Shown: positions 19,737-30,335, counted from the first letter of the stretch. The stretch is DNA of 64,000 nt from an uncultured Acidimicrobiia bacterium (GCA_963786955.1 CAWBAT010000004.1:128001-192000); one strand, 5' to 3'. Made by a program: numbers and translations. The notes: generated by a model from the sequence alone, not told the origin.

Positions 19737-20540
19737 TTAATTCAGGCTTCGAATCATCAATTCCCGCAGCGATTTTCCAGGGTTTGCAGACTTCATAAAC
19801 AACTCACCGATAAGAAACGCATCATATCCGACTCCGCGCAACATCCGAATATCGTCGGCCGTCTGAATTCCGCTTTCACTGACGAGGATCACGGAGTCCG
19901 GCACATGGGGCGCCAAGTGCACGGAGGTATTCATATCCACTCGAAACGTCTTCAGGTCTCGATTATTGACACCAATGATTCGGGCGTCCGATTCTAAGGC
20001 AATGCGGAGCTCCGGAAGGCTGTGGACTTCCACGAGCACATCCAAGCCCAGTTTCCCGGCCAATCCCATGAGTTGTTTGAGCTGCGCAGGATCGAGAATC
20101 GCGACGATCAGCAGGATTGCGTCGGCTCCGGCCTGGACGGCTTCATAAAGCTGGTAAGAATCAAAGATGAAATCCTTGCGCAAGATCGGGCGAGCAACGG
20201 CATGGCGAACCAATTTCAAATGATCCAACGAACCTTGGAAATAGTCCTCCTCGGTCAAAACCGAAATGGCAGCCGCGTTGTTCGATTCGTAATCCATCGC
20301 AAGTTGAACCGGGTCATAATCGTCGCGAAGAAGCCCCTTGGAAGGTGAGGCCTTCTTAATCTCGGCAATCACGTTGAGTCGTTCCGTCCGATCTAACGCA
20401 TCATAAAACGAGCGCAGCTTAATTCCTTGACGTCGTATCCCTTGCGACGTTGCCTCCTCGAGAACAGGTTGAGTCCTCTTCAGTTGCTCCACTTTCGCCT
20501 TCTTGTCTTGAACAATGCGGGAAAGCCGATTTTCTTCCAA
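19737..20540 (-). CDS. trpC: indole-3-glycerol phosphate synthase
   Basis: IAEIKKASPSKG, LRKDF, GVNNRDL, SESGI; TTG start at 20540 after an RBS-like GAGG. Confidence 0.96.
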   Translation of the reverse strand: MEENRLSRIVQDKKAKVEQLKRTQPVLEEATSQGIRRQGIKLRSFYDALDRTERLNVIAEIKKASPSKGLLRDDYDPVQLAMDYESNNAAAISVLTEEDYFQGSLDHLKLVRHAVARPILRKDFIFDSYQLYEAVQAGADAILLIVAILDPAQLKQLMGLAGKLGLDVLVEVHSLPELRIALESDARIIGVNNRDLKTFRVDMNTSVHLAPHVPDSVILVSESGIQTADDIRMLRGVGYDAFLIGELFMKSANPGKSLRELMIRSLN

Positions 20541-20635
20541 TCTCAAACCTCGGGTTTCTGAATTCCTTGCAGTACCAGTATACAATTGTGGATAAGAGAG
20601 TAGAGTAACGAATCCCTCACCCCAAGCAGCAAAAG

Positions 20636-20693
20636 GGGTGAAAAGATTCCGCTGGGACGGGAATGAAGCATGGCAAATGCTTCACGCCTACAA
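20636..20693 (-). repeat. GTAG-type REP copy (same family as 31695-31751)
   Basis: Minus strand TTGTAGGCGTGAAGCATTTGCCATGCTTCATTCCCG... matches TTGTAGGCATGAAGCATTCTCAATGCTTCATGCCCG... over about 55 bp. Confidence 0.75.
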
Positions 20694-20735
20694 TATTGGG
20701 GCAAGTCCCTCAAAATAATTTTAAGACATGGGTCC

Positions 20736-21794
20736 TCACGTGGCGCTCTCAATTGTTTTCACCTTCTTCTTGTTTGTGTACTCGATCAGAGCCTTCAACT
20801 TCTCCAAGGCAGCACCACTTTCCAGAGACTGTCTGGCCAATGCTACCCCATCTGCAATCGACCCGGCAACGCCAGCAACATAAATTCCAGCGGCAGCATT
20901 GAGCAGGACGATGTCACTCCTCGCATCATGACGCTTGAGCGCCAGCACATCATGGAGGATCTCCGCATTTTCATCGACGCCGCCGCCTGAATACTCTTGA
21001 GCTGGCTGGCGAGAAAATCCGAAAGTTTCCGGAAATACCATCGTTGTCTTGAGTGTTCCATCTTTGAGTTCGGTGATTTTCGTCGCCCCCCCCAAGCTGA
21101 TTTCATCTAAGCCATCCAGACCAGCAAACACCAACGCGTGCTCACAACCCAGCTGCTGTAAGGCTTCCCCCAAGAGATTTGTCAGATGCGGGGCATAGAC
21201 TCCGATGATCTGCCGGCGCGCGCCGGCCGGATTCAACAAGGGCCCCAGAAGGTTAAAGATGGTTCGAACACCCAATTCCTTCCGGACCCGGCTAACCATT
21301 TTCATGGCCGGATGAAAAGAAGGCGCAAAGAGAAAAGTAATGCCCGTCTCTGCCAGACATTCTTCCAGGATCTCCTTGGAGGCATCGACGTTGACCCCCA
21401 GCCGCGTCAGGACATCGGCACTGCCACATCGCCCTGAAATTGCCCGATTTCCATGTTTGGCTACGGGGACACCGGCTCCCGCAATGACGAATGCGGCACC
21501 CGTCGAGACATTGAAAGTGCCTGATCCGTCCCCACCCGTTCCGGCCGTATCGACCAGCCTTTCCTTCTGATGATTCAGTCTCACAGCGTAGTCGCGCATT
21601 CCGTGAACGAAACCGACCACTTCACTGACCGACTCCCCTTTGGCCGACAGCCTCATGAGCAAGGCGGCAATTTGAATTTCCGTGAGCTGTTCCTGAAAGA
21701 TTCCTTGAACACATGATTTGGCTTCTTCGCTTTCAAGATGAAAGCCTCTCTGCAATTTCTTCATGACTTCGAGATAAAAGGACTGGTAGTTCAT
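20736..21794 (-). CDS. trpD: anthranilate phosphoribosyltransferase
   Basis: DTAGTGGDG, FNVST, KHGNRA, RTIFNLLGPL. Confidence 0.97.
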   Translation of the reverse strand: MNYQSFYLEVMKKLQRGFHLESEEAKSCVQGIFQEQLTEIQIAALLMRLSAKGESVSEVVGFVHGMRDYAVRLNHQKERLVDTAGTGGDGSGTFNVSTGAAFVIAGAGVPVAKHGNRAISGRCGSADVLTRLGVNVDASKEILEECLAETGITFLFAPSFHPAMKMVSRVRKELGVRTIFNLLGPLLNPAGARRQIIGVYAPHLTNLLGEALQQLGCEHALVFAGLDGLDEISLGGATKITELKDGTLKTTMVFPETFGFSRQPAQEYSGGGVDENAEILHDVLALKRHDARSDIVLLNAAAGIYVAGVAGSIADGVALARQSLESGAALEKLKALIEYTNKKKVKTIESAT

Positions 21795-21878
21795 GACCTG
21801 TGGTTCCAAGATTGGAATCCAAACCTGGCTCGCTTCATCTTGATTTTCTTGGGGGAAATGGAAAATCCGCAGACCGGC

Positions 21879-22442
21879 TTATAACTGCAAGAAATTTTCG
21901 AGCAGTTTTTTCCCATGCGCGGTCAAGATGGACTCCGGGTGAAATTGGACACCCTCAATCGGAAAATCCCGATGGCGCAATCCCATGATCAATCCATCAG
22001 TTGACGTCGCAGAGACCTCCAGACACTTCGGCAAGGTTTTGCGTTCCACCATCAGAGAATGATAGCGCGTCGCCAGAAAACGATAGGGCAGCCCAGTAAA
22101 AATAGTCCGATTGTCATGGCAGATTTCGCTCGTCTTCCCGTGCATCAGGTACGGCGCGGGGACTACGCGACCGCCGAAAACTTGGCCAATCGCTTGGTGG
22201 CCCAGACAAACACCCAGAATCGGCTTCTTGGATTCAAAGGCCTTGATGACTTTCAACGTGATGCCAGACTGATCAGGGGTCCCAGGTCCCGGAGAAATCA
22301 CGATGCGTTCCGGGTCGAGCTCGGCAATTTGCGGGACATCGATCTTGTCGTTCCGGAAAACTTGGATATCTTGTCCCAATTCGCCCAAGTATTGAACAAG
22401 ATTGTAGGTAAAGGAATCGTAATTATCGATCACCAGAATCAT
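21879..22442 (-). CDS. trpG: anthranilate synthase component II (glutamine amidotransferase)
   Basis: [24 protein letters not shown]. Confidence 0.96.
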   Translation of the reverse strand: MILVIDNYDSFTYNLVQYLGELGQDIQVFRNDKIDVPQIAELDPERIVISPGPGTPDQSGITLKVIKAFESKKPILGVCLGHQAIGQVFGGRVVPAPYLMHGKTSEICHDNRTIFTGLPYRFLATRYHSLMVERKTLPKCLEVSATSTDGLIMGLRHRDFPIEGVQFHPESILTAHGKKLLENFLQL

Positions 22443-22451
22443 TTCCGCTCC

Positions 22452-23930
22452 TCAAAACCCTCTCTCGGCCATTTCCACGGCTTTAATCAAGGCTCGCGAC
22501 TTGTTGATCGTCTCTTGATATTCCTTTTCAGGAATCGAATCCGCGACAATCCCGCCACCGGCCTGAATGTAAGCCTTTCCATCTTTGACAACCAAGGTGC
22601 GAATCGCAATGCATGAATCCAGGTTGCCGGAGAAGTCCAGATAAAGGATGGCGCCTGCATAAACGGCCCGGCGTGTCGGTTCCAATTGGTCGATGATTTC
22701 CATGGCCCGAACTTTGGGCGCTCCCGTGACAGTCCCGGCGGGGAAGCAGGCCATCAGTGCTTCGAACCGGTCGACCTCCGGTCTTAATTGACCCCGCAAG
22801 CTAGAGACTAAATGCATGACATGCGAATACTTCTCAATAGACATCAGGTTAACCACTTCCACGCTGCCAAATTCGCAAACCTTTCCAAGATCATTTCGTC
22901 CCAGGTCCACCAGCATGATATGTTCGGCCTTTTCCTTCTCGTCCGCCTTGAGCTCTTCCGCCAATAATGCATCTTCATCTTCATCTTTTCCGCGCGGGCG
23001 TGTACCGGCGATGGGACGGTATTGGATGGATCCATCGATAATCTTGACAAGCATCTCCGGGGACGAACCGATGACAGAATGATCCTTGAGTTTCAGATAA
23101 AACATGTAGGGAGAAGGGTTGACCATGCGTAGGGCCCGATAGATGTTGAAGCTCGAGGTCGTTACGGAAACGGTGAATCGTTGAGATAATACCGCTTGAA
23201 AAATATCACCGGCCTTGATCGATTCTTTGCACTTATCCACGGCCTTTAAATAATCCGATTTCGAAAAGTTAGACTTCACCGTATCGTCTTCCGTCTGCGC
23301 CTGCCCAAACGGAGGAATCGCGACGGGCTGTTTGAGAAGTGACTCCAAGGATTCGATCTCTGACAAAGCCGTCTGATACTTAGCTTCAAGCTGGTCGGCA
23401 CTTTCATCCACAAAAACATTTGAGATGATGAGAATTTGCTGCCGGACATGATCAAATGCCAAGAGAGTCGAGTAAAACATGAGGATCGCATCCTCCAACT
23501 GGAGGTCATCCTCGCCTTGCTGCGGGATATTCTCGACCCAGCGAATCGTGTCATAGGCAAAGTATCCGACGGCGCCACCCACAAAGGGGGGAAGCCCTGG
23601 CTGCTTGACAGGTTGGTAGCGTTCGGTGACCTTCTTCATGACGTCCAACAGGTGGCCTTTTCGCTTGAGGGTTTCCTTGCCGCGGATGATTTCCACAAGA
23701 TCCCCACGAGCACTCAGAATGAGATAGGGATTGCAGCCTAGAAATGAAAAACGTGCGATCTTCTCTCCACCTTCGACACTTTCCAGCAGAAAAGCGTTCG
23801 GCATATTGGGTTCAATCCGGAGAAAGGCCGAAACAGGTGTGAGCAAGTCCGCGCTAACTGCCTTGTATATTGGGATGATGTTCCCTTGCTTGGTAAGTTC
23901 TATAAATTTATCAAAGCTTGGATAGATCAT
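22452..23930 (-). CDS. trpE: anthranilate synthase component I
   Basis: LLESVEGG, NPSPYM, EHIMLVDLGRND, GTVTGAPKVRAM. Confidence 0.97.
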   Translation of the reverse strand: MIYPSFDKFIELTKQGNIIPIYKAVSADLLTPVSAFLRIEPNMPNAFLLESVEGGEKIARFSFLGCNPYLILSARGDLVEIIRGKETLKRKGHLLDVMKKVTERYQPVKQPGLPPFVGGAVGYFAYDTIRWVENIPQQGEDDLQLEDAILMFYSTLLAFDHVRQQILIISNVFVDESADQLEAKYQTALSEIESLESLLKQPVAIPPFGQAQTEDDTVKSNFSKSDYLKAVDKCKESIKAGDIFQAVLSQRFTVSVTTSSFNIYRALRMVNPSPYMFYLKLKDHSVIGSSPEMLVKIIDGSIQYRPIAGTRPRGKDEDEDALLAEELKADEKEKAEHIMLVDLGRNDLGKVCEFGSVEVVNLMSIEKYSHVMHLVSSLRGQLRPEVDRFEALMACFPAGTVTGAPKVRAMEIIDQLEPTRRAVYAGAILYLDFSGNLDSCIAIRTLVVKDGKAYIQAGGGIVADSIPEKEYQETINKSRALIKAVEMAERGF

Positions 23931-24019
23931 TTTTGGTTACGTTTCGATTATTCGAGACCAATGGAAGAGCTGAAGTTGAATGGAATCCCTCGCCCTTCTT
24001 ACTGAAATTCAGCTATCCC

Positions 24020-24724
24020 TCAAGACATTGAAGGCGGCGTCTTTTTTCTCTGTGCTCTCTTCTCCAACTCGGTCCAAACGTCCTCGACTTCCAGCCCTTC
24101 GTTCACGAAGAGCACGAACAGGTGATAAAGGAGATCGGCTGATTCCAGGGCTAACTCTGCTTTGGACTTATTCTTAGCAGCGATAATGGTTTCGGCAGAT
24201 TCTTCTCCAATCTTCTTGAGAATCTTGTCTAACCCCTGGGTGAACAGATAGGTTGTGTAAGATCCTTCAGGCATTAGCTTTTTGCGATCTCTGATGACAC
24301 GCAGCAAACGTTCGACCACCTCTGAAAACACAGGACTTGCCGACTCTGATCCACGGGTCATGCTCACATTGGATTCTTTCTTAAGGAGTTGATGATGGAA
24401 ACAACTCTCCTGCCCGGTATGGCAGGCCGGGCCACGAGGTTCAACTGATAGAATTAAAGCATCCCCATCACAGTCCAATTCGATCTGGATAATTTTCTGG
24501 GTATTCCCGGAGGTCTCTCCTTTGTGCCACAGTTTTCCGCGGCTTCTGCTCCAGAAATACGTCTCCAGGTGCTGGAGCGAAAGTTCTAAGGCTTCGCGAT
24601 TCATATACGCCAAGGTTAAGACCTTGCCACTGGAACTATCTTGCACAATGGCAGGGATTAGCCCCTGATCATCAAACTTCAATTTTGAAATGATATCCGT
24701 TACATCGACTTTCGACATACTCAT
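24020..24724 (-). CDS. hisIE: bifunctional PRAMP cyclohydrolase / PRATP pyrophosphatase
   Basis: LWHKGETSG, DCDGD, ACHTG..SCF, KKIGEE, ESADLLYH. Confidence 0.96.
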   Translation of the reverse strand: MSMSKVDVTDIISKLKFDDQGLIPAIVQDSSSGKVLTLAYMNREALELSLQHLETYFWSRSRGKLWHKGETSGNTQKIIQIELDCDGDALILSVEPRGPACHTGQESCFHHQLLKKESNVSMTRGSESASPVFSEVVERLLRVIRDRKKLMPEGSYTTYLFTQGLDKILKKIGEESAETIIAAKNKSKAELALESADLLYHLFVLFVNEGLEVEDVWTELEKRAQRKKTPPSMS

Positions 24725-24778
24725 CGCCTAGCAGTGTTCCTAAACTGAATCCATCTTACCGCCACCGGTCCAGCGGAT

Positions 24779-25552
24779 TCAGCGCACGAGGACCCCTCGA
24801 TCTCTGAGATAGCTTTTGGTCTGACCGATGGTAAACGTTCCGAAATGGAAAATGGAGGCGGCTAAAGCTGCGCTGGCGCCTCCTACTGTCAATCCTTCAT
24901 AAATGTGCTCCAAATTCCCTACTCCTCCGGATGCGATCACAGGAATTTGCACTCTCGAAGTGATGGCGTTCAATAATTCCAAATCGTATCCGTCTTGGGT
25001 TCCATCCCGGTCCATACTGGTCAATAGAATTTCCCCCGCTCCCAATTTTTCCGCTTTTTCGGCCCATTCGAGGGTATCGATTCCCGTAGCAGTCCGGCCT
25101 CCATGGATGTAGACTTCCCAGCCCGGACTTTTAGAGCCAGGCAAGGGCGGCCGCCGTTTGGCATCAATCGCCAAGACAATGCATTGGGTCCCAAATTTCT
25201 CGGCACCTATCGTGATTAACTCAGGTTGGAGGACCGCCGCTGTATTTAATGAAACTTTGTCTGCCCCTGCTCTCAAAATTTCCCGGATATCTTCAGCCGT
25301 GCGAATCCCACCCCCCACTGTGAAAGGGATAAAAACACAGTCAGCCACGCGCCGGACCACTTCGACCATGATCTTTCGCGCATCTGAGGAAGCTGTAATA
25401 TCCAGAAAAACAAGTTCATCTGCGCCCGCCTGATCGTAGCGCCGAGCGCATTCAACAGGATCTCCAGCATCGATGAGATCGACGAAATTGACTCCTTTGA
25501 CCACCCGCCCGCGGTCAACGTCCAAACAGGGAATAACTCGTTTAGCCAGCAT
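24779..25552 (-). CDS. hisF: imidazole glycerol phosphate synthase cyclase subunit
   Basis: [25 protein letters not shown]. Confidence 0.97.
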   Translation of the reverse strand: MLAKRVIPCLDVDRGRVVKGVNFVDLIDAGDPVECARRYDQAGADELVFLDITASSDARKIMVEVVRRVADCVFIPFTVGGGIRTAEDIREILRAGADKVSLNTAAVLQPELITIGAEKFGTQCIVLAIDAKRRPPLPGSKSPGWEVYIHGGRTATGIDTLEWAEKAEKLGAGEILLTSMDRDGTQDGYDLELLNAITSRVQIPVIASGGVGNLEHIYEGLTVGGASAALAASIFHFGTFTIGQTKSYLRDRGVLVR

Positions 25553-25601
25553 GAATTCGCAATTTTATTGAAACGAAACTCCAAACACAATCTTATTCCT
25601 G

Positions 25602-25784
25602 ACCAGGTCGTTATGCGTTAGTTATCGGGGGAATTTCTGGTAGGGCGCGCTCGCCGAGCGCGCCGCGGACGGCCCGGCGGTCCGTCCCTACCCACTCAGC
25701 CGCTACAGAAGCGACAATCTCTAATCGTCACCGAATGCCTTGCCCTTACAGATTTCCCCCCGCAACTAACGCATTACACCAGGT
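25602..25784. mobile_element. MITE/REPIN-like element between hisA and hisF
   Basis: About 45-bp imperfect terminal inverted repeats (ATGCGTTAGTT..CGGGGGAA core) enclosing a GTAG...CTAC REP doublet at 25640-25691. Confidence 0.75.
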
Positions 25785-26507
25785 TCAAAGAGAAATCCGG
25801 ATCGCGTCCCCGAGTGAAAATTTCTCCTCGTAGAGGGCTTTTCCGACAATCACCCCCTCGACTCCACTCCGGCCTAAAGGTTTAAGGACACGAAGATCCT
25901 CCAAGGAGGAAACCCCGCCCGAGGCAATCACTTTAAGACCTGTCTCCTGCGCGAGTTGCTCGGTAACCATCCAATTGGGACCGCTCAGCATCCCGTCTCG
26001 GGAAATATCCGTATAGACAACTCTCTCTACACCGATCTGGACCAATGACTTTGCAAAGGTCAAAGCCTCTACCTTTTCAACCTGATTCCAGCCATGGGTG
26101 GCCAGCAGGCCGTCTCGCGCATCGAGCCCCACAACGATCCGATCGGAGTATTGTTCTACGGCTTTCTTCAGGAATTCAGGGTCGCGAAACGCGGCTGTGC
26201 CGATGACCACCCGCGAAGCACCTCCGCCCAGGATCTCATCGAGATCGGACTCGTTTCTCACTCCCCCGCCAAATTGAACCGGGATGGAAAGAGTTCGGAT
26301 GATGGCTTTCGCGATATGTCGATTCTCCGATGCATTCGACATGGCACTATCCAAATCCACCAAATGAAGCCAGGAAGCCCCTTCCCTTTGCCAACGAAGT
26401 GCCATCTCTACAGGATCATCCGAATAAATGGTTTCATCTTCTGCTCGGCCTTGTAGAAGCCGAACGCATTTGCCTCGACGCAAATCGATGGCGGGGAAAA
26501 TGATCAT
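25785..26507 (-). CDS. hisA: ProFAR isomerase
   Basis: IFPAIDL..GKCVRL, HLVDLD, YTDISRDGML. Confidence 0.97.
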   Translation of the reverse strand: MIIFPAIDLRRGKCVRLLQGRAEDETIYSDDPVEMALRWQREGASWLHLVDLDSAMSNASENRHIAKAIIRTLSIPVQFGGGVRNESDLDEILGGGASRVVIGTAAFRDPEFLKKAVEQYSDRIVVGLDARDGLLATHGWNQVEKVEALTFAKSLVQIGVERVVYTDISRDGMLSGPNWMVTEQLAQETGLKVIASGGVSSLEDLRVLKPLGRSGVEGVIVGKALYEEKFSLGDAIRISL

Positions 26508-26813
26508 GTCTCAACCTCAAATATGAAGGAGTTCTAAAATCAAGCTTGTGGATGAGTAATCGCGGTCAACAGGGGCGGGAATGAACCGCCCAATGATGAA
26601 TGGTGGGACAGGGCTTGCGATGGTTCAGGCTCAAATCTAATCTCATAGTGGAACATCTTAACACAAAGCCGGGGGCGAAAAAAGTGGAAGCAAGGTCTCC
26701 GGTACTATGTTGCCATAATTCGCGGGAATGATCGTCAGCCGGAGTTGCGGCCGGGGTCGTTGCCCCATGGGTGCTAACTTTTCAAGTCTTTCCTCGTCTG
26801 CCGCCGGAAGAAC

Positions 26814-27315
26814 GAAACGCCAAGAGCGCCAAGCACGCCTAGAAAAGAGGATACATTTTGGTTAGCCGTCTGATCTTATCCTACCCGTAGTTCTTCCGGA
26901 TGGTTTCTGGCTACCCGCTGGATGCCGTCGCGCAACAAAATCACGTTCCAATTGATGATCAACCCCAGAGACAAGCCGCTCAATTTCAAGTATGTCAGCA
27001 ACTGAGCGAGGTAGATGGGAAGAACTTTTTCGACCGTCTGGTTTTCCACCAACACCCACTGGTCGATTCGCATGTCGATGTGGTAACCCACCTCAATAAG
27101 CACCCCTTCAAACTCAAGCGAAACAACGACTTCGCATTCGACCCGGTGGCGACGCCTTTGGAGCTCTTGTGCCAGACAAGCCAGATAGGCCGATTCCAGC
27201 AGCCCGGGCCCTAAGGCGCGAGGCACCTTGAGTACAGCGTAACAATATCCTGAGCTACTTCGTCGGCGGTCATGAAGGCTCCTACTCTTGGCAAACTTTG
27301 GGTTCTTGGCGTTTC
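26814..27315. mobile_element. GxxExxY element with inverted ends made of short tandem repeats
   Basis: Left GAAACGCCAAGAGCGCCAAGCACGCCTAG; right (minus strand) GAAACGCCAAGAACCCAAAGTTTGCCAAG. Confidence 0.65.
26876..27273 (-). pseudogene. GxxExxY (PD-(D/E)XK nuclease-like) pseudogene
   Basis: LGPGLLESAY, AQLLTYLKLSG..LGLIINWN; the RBS+ATG at 27273 (MTADEVAQDIV) is out of frame by one base; the ExK motif reads ENQ. Confidence 0.8.
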
Positions 27316-27541
27316 CCAATTCTGGGCCTCATCTGCTCAACCGAGGATCCCCGAATGAACCCATCATCCAAGCTTTGGTTAGCGCTTATGGGTCAATGAG
27401 CCCGGCTACAGCACAAACTTCTGCAGCTCAGTACTAACTCGATTTCGGGCTCTGCCCCGGCCCGAGTAAGTAGAATGCACTTAGCGCTATCCGCAATGAG
27501 CGCTTTTGTTCCGCTGAAAAGAAAGTGCCCTGTATAGGCAC

Positions 27542-27937
27542 TTATTCTTTAAAGATTCCACCGACAATCAGGCCAGCCACGGCGCCTTCCGTCAGGCTCC
27601 CCAAAAACCAAACCAGTGCCATCAGATAAGGAATGGGCATAACGGAGTAGGTTCCGTAGCCCATGGAGACTCCGGCCCCAAGTCCCCACCATAATCCATA
27701 CCTCAGTCCGGTGGCAATGGACTTGTTTGAAATCATGCACCCATAGATCCAGGCGAAGGAAAAAGATGCGATCAAGACCGCCACGTGCATGACGTTCATC
27801 TTCATTTCATTCATCGGCCTCCAGAGATTGGCGGTGGCCTCGTAAGCAGACCTGAGAACGACCCCGTGAATCAGGAAATCCAGCACGGACCAAGCCACAA
27901 ACACAGCAATTACGGAAAGAATTGTTTTCTTTAGCAT
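27542..27937 (-). CDS. small membrane protein (DUF1761-like)
   Basis: Four hydrophobic helices, DFLIHGVVL..Y..TANLWRP; RBS GGAGGAG before ATG 27937. Confidence 0.75.
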   Translation of the reverse strand: MLKKTILSVIAVFVAWSVLDFLIHGVVLRSAYEATANLWRPMNEMKMNVMHVAVLIASFSFAWIYGCMISNKSIATGLRYGLWWGLGAGVSMGYGTYSVMPIPYLMALVWFLGSLTEGAVAGLIVGGIFKE

Positions 27938-28182
27938 ATCGCTCCTCCTATTGAATGTTGATCCACCCGGGACTAATTCCTGACACCCTTTGGAACGCGG
28001 GGACCTTGCTTTTACTAAACTGCTTGCCCGGCTTGGACTGGGCGACTCAGACTGTTTTGGCAAGTCGCTGATTATTTCATGACAGCCAACAATCCGAGAC
28101 TTTCGATCTCATTTTTTCTATGATTTCAGATGCAAGCGAATTATACCTGAGAAGGGAGCACCTAACAAAGAGGAGAAATAAT

Positions 28183-30335
28183 TGGTAGTGGGTCAGTTTC
28201 CGGATACGCCCTAATCCAACCATAGTCGGTGACGTGGCCACGAGAGACGGGTACGAGGAAGCGATTGTGATTTCGGTCATCCCGGCCTCGCCGTTGAAAG
28301 TGTGCTATCTGCCGTTGCCTCTGCGTATTGTTTCCTATAGTATCCGGCCACTAGGGTGATGTGAATTTCTGAGTCACCCTCCGTCAGGTCGTGAACATCT
28401 GAATTCCCAAAATCCTGACACCCAAATCAATGAGCGAAATCATCACATTCCAGCCCGTAGATTGGGTCATCATCCTGCTCTACGGGGCAGTCATCTTTAC
28501 CGTCGGTATCTTCGTTGTCCGCAAGCCGGCTACAGCGGAAGGCTATTTCCTGGCGGGCCGCAAGCTCCGCTGGCCGTTCATCGGGGCCTCGATGCTGGCC
28601 TCGAACATCTCGGCAGAGCATTTCGTCGGGCTGGCTGGCGGTGGTTATTTGATCGGAATGGCCATCGGCGCCGCGTATGAGTGGAGCGCGATATTCTGCC
28701 TGCTTCCACTGATCTTCGTCTTCCTCTCTTTTTACCTAAAGAACCGCATTTTCACCGTTCCCGAGTTCCTGGAGCTGCGATACGACGTCAGCGTGCGGCT
28801 GCTCCTTTCCTGGATCATGGTCATATTCTCCATTCTGACCAAGATTTCAATTTCGCTCTGGGCATCCGCGCTCGTGTTCAAGACGCTGTTCAACTGGGAC
28901 CCGGTGATCGTCATCTGGATCGTGGCCATCGTCACGGCCCTGTACACAATGAAGGGCGGCCTGACCACCGTGGTCTACACGGACGCCATCCAGACGGTGG
29001 TCCTCCTGGCCGGCGGGTGCGTCCTTACAACCCTCGGCTTGCAGAAAGTTGGCGGTATCGGAGCCCTCCACGCCAAGTTGCCTGCGGAACTCTTTCAGGC
29101 TTTCAAGCCGGCTTCAGACCCGAATATCCCCTGGACCGGTGCTGTTTTCGGTATTATGTGCCTCGGTGGGGCGTTCTACTGGTCCATGGACCAGGTGATT
29201 GTCCAGCGTGCCTTCGCGGCCAGAGACCTGAACGAAGGACGCAAAGGCGCGATTTTTGCCGGCGCTCTCAAGCTCCTGATCCCGTTAGTGCTTGTCGTGC
29301 CGGGAATGATCGCCAGGGCACTGTGGCCCGCCTTGCCACAAGCCGATCAAGCCTATCCGAAACTCCTTGGATCGGTGATGCCCCATGGTCTGCTCGGTCT
29401 CACTGTAGCCGGGCTCACCGCGGCCTTGATGGGCCACATGAGCGCCACATTCAATTCGATCTCAACCATGTTCACCCGTGACCTTTATCTGCGCTGGCGG
29501 CCGAATGCGGATCAAAAACGGCAGATCCTTGTGGGGAGGATCGTGGTTGCAGCAGTCGCCGTTCTGGGCGCTCTCTGGGCACCGGAAATCGGCAGATTCG
29601 GCTCACTCTGGGATTACCTCCAACAGGTGTCGATGGGCATCATTGTCCCGTTTGCAGGGGTCTTTTTTATCGGGGTCGCCTGGAAACGCATCACGACGAG
29701 AGGCGTCTGGGCCGGCACCCTGACCGGATTCGCCCTCGCGATCGTGCTGATGTCGGACCGGATTTGGACACACCTTTACAATCAGTCTCCGTTCCTGCCA
29801 TTCATGCACACCAAGTATCTGGAGCCCTGGCTGCACGGTGCGATCATCGAGTTCTTGATTAGCGTCTTCGTGATGATAGCTGTCAGCCTGGGCTCGACGC
29901 CGGAGCCAGCCGGGAAGCTGGCGACAACGACAATTTCGTGGGGTGCGTTGAGACCCCAAGCCAGTGCGGAACCAAAGCAACCGTTCCTGCAGGACTACAA
30001 GCCCTGGCTCATCCTCGTCCTGGCCACAGCGATACTCTGCTATGTCACTTTCTCGATTGGAATCATCTGATGTTTTGCCTTAGCAAATTTTAAATCCAAA
30101 TCACGAACGACACGAAACAGCGGGCGAGACGAGCCGGCTCACAATTCCCGAAATGGACAGGCCGCGGGAAATCACGGACCGCATCAATCAACTCTCGCAG
30201 AAAGTACCTTCAAAAAAACAACTTAAATTACAGTAACCAAGCTGGACAGCTGAGTGGCCGTGATCAGTGGGCTTCTTACCGATTCCCAAGCGGGCACTTG
30301 GTTGTGTAGCGTAACCGGAAACTGACCCACTACCA
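28183..30335. mobile_element. non-autonomous element: 21-bp perfect inverted repeats enclosing one transporter gene
   Basis: TGGTAGTGGGTCAGTTTCCGG at 28183-28203 and CCGGAAACTGACCCACTACCA at 30315-30335. Confidence 0.75.
28430..30070 (+). CDS. sodium:solute symporter (SSS/SLC5, SGLT-like)
   Basis: YFLAGR, ASNIS.EHFVGLAG, YTMKGGL..VVYTDAIQ, DQVIVQR. Confidence 0.95.
   Translation: MSEIITFQPVDWVIILLYGAVIFTVGIFVVRKPATAEGYFLAGRKLRWPFIGASMLASNISAEHFVGLAGGGYLIGMAIGAAYEWSAIFCLLPLIFVFLSFYLKNRIFTVPEFLELRYDVSVRLLLSWIMVIFSILTKISISLWASALVFKTLFNWDPVIVIWIVAIVTALYTMKGGLTTVVYTDAIQTVVLLAGGCVLTTLGLQKVGGIGALHAKLPAELFQAFKPASDPNIPWTGAVFGIMCLGGAFYWSMDQVIVQRAFAARDLNEGRKGAIFAGALKLLIPLVLVVPGMIARALWPALPQADQAYPKLLGSVMPHGLLGLTVAGLTAALMGHMSATFNSISTMFTRDLYLRWRPNADQKRQILVGRIVVAAVAVLGALWAPEIGRFGSLWDYLQQVSMGIIVPFAGVFFIGVAWKRITTRGVWAGTLTGFALAIVLMSDRIWTHLYNQSPFLPFMHTKYLEPWLHGAIIEFLISVFVMIAVSLGSTPEPAGKLATTTISWGALRPQASAEPKQPFLQDYKPWLILVLATAILCYVTFSIGII

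Noticed and set aside
28077-28280. 67-aa ORF containing KLTHY
   Set aside because: The peptide comes from translating the inverted-repeat end, not from a gene.
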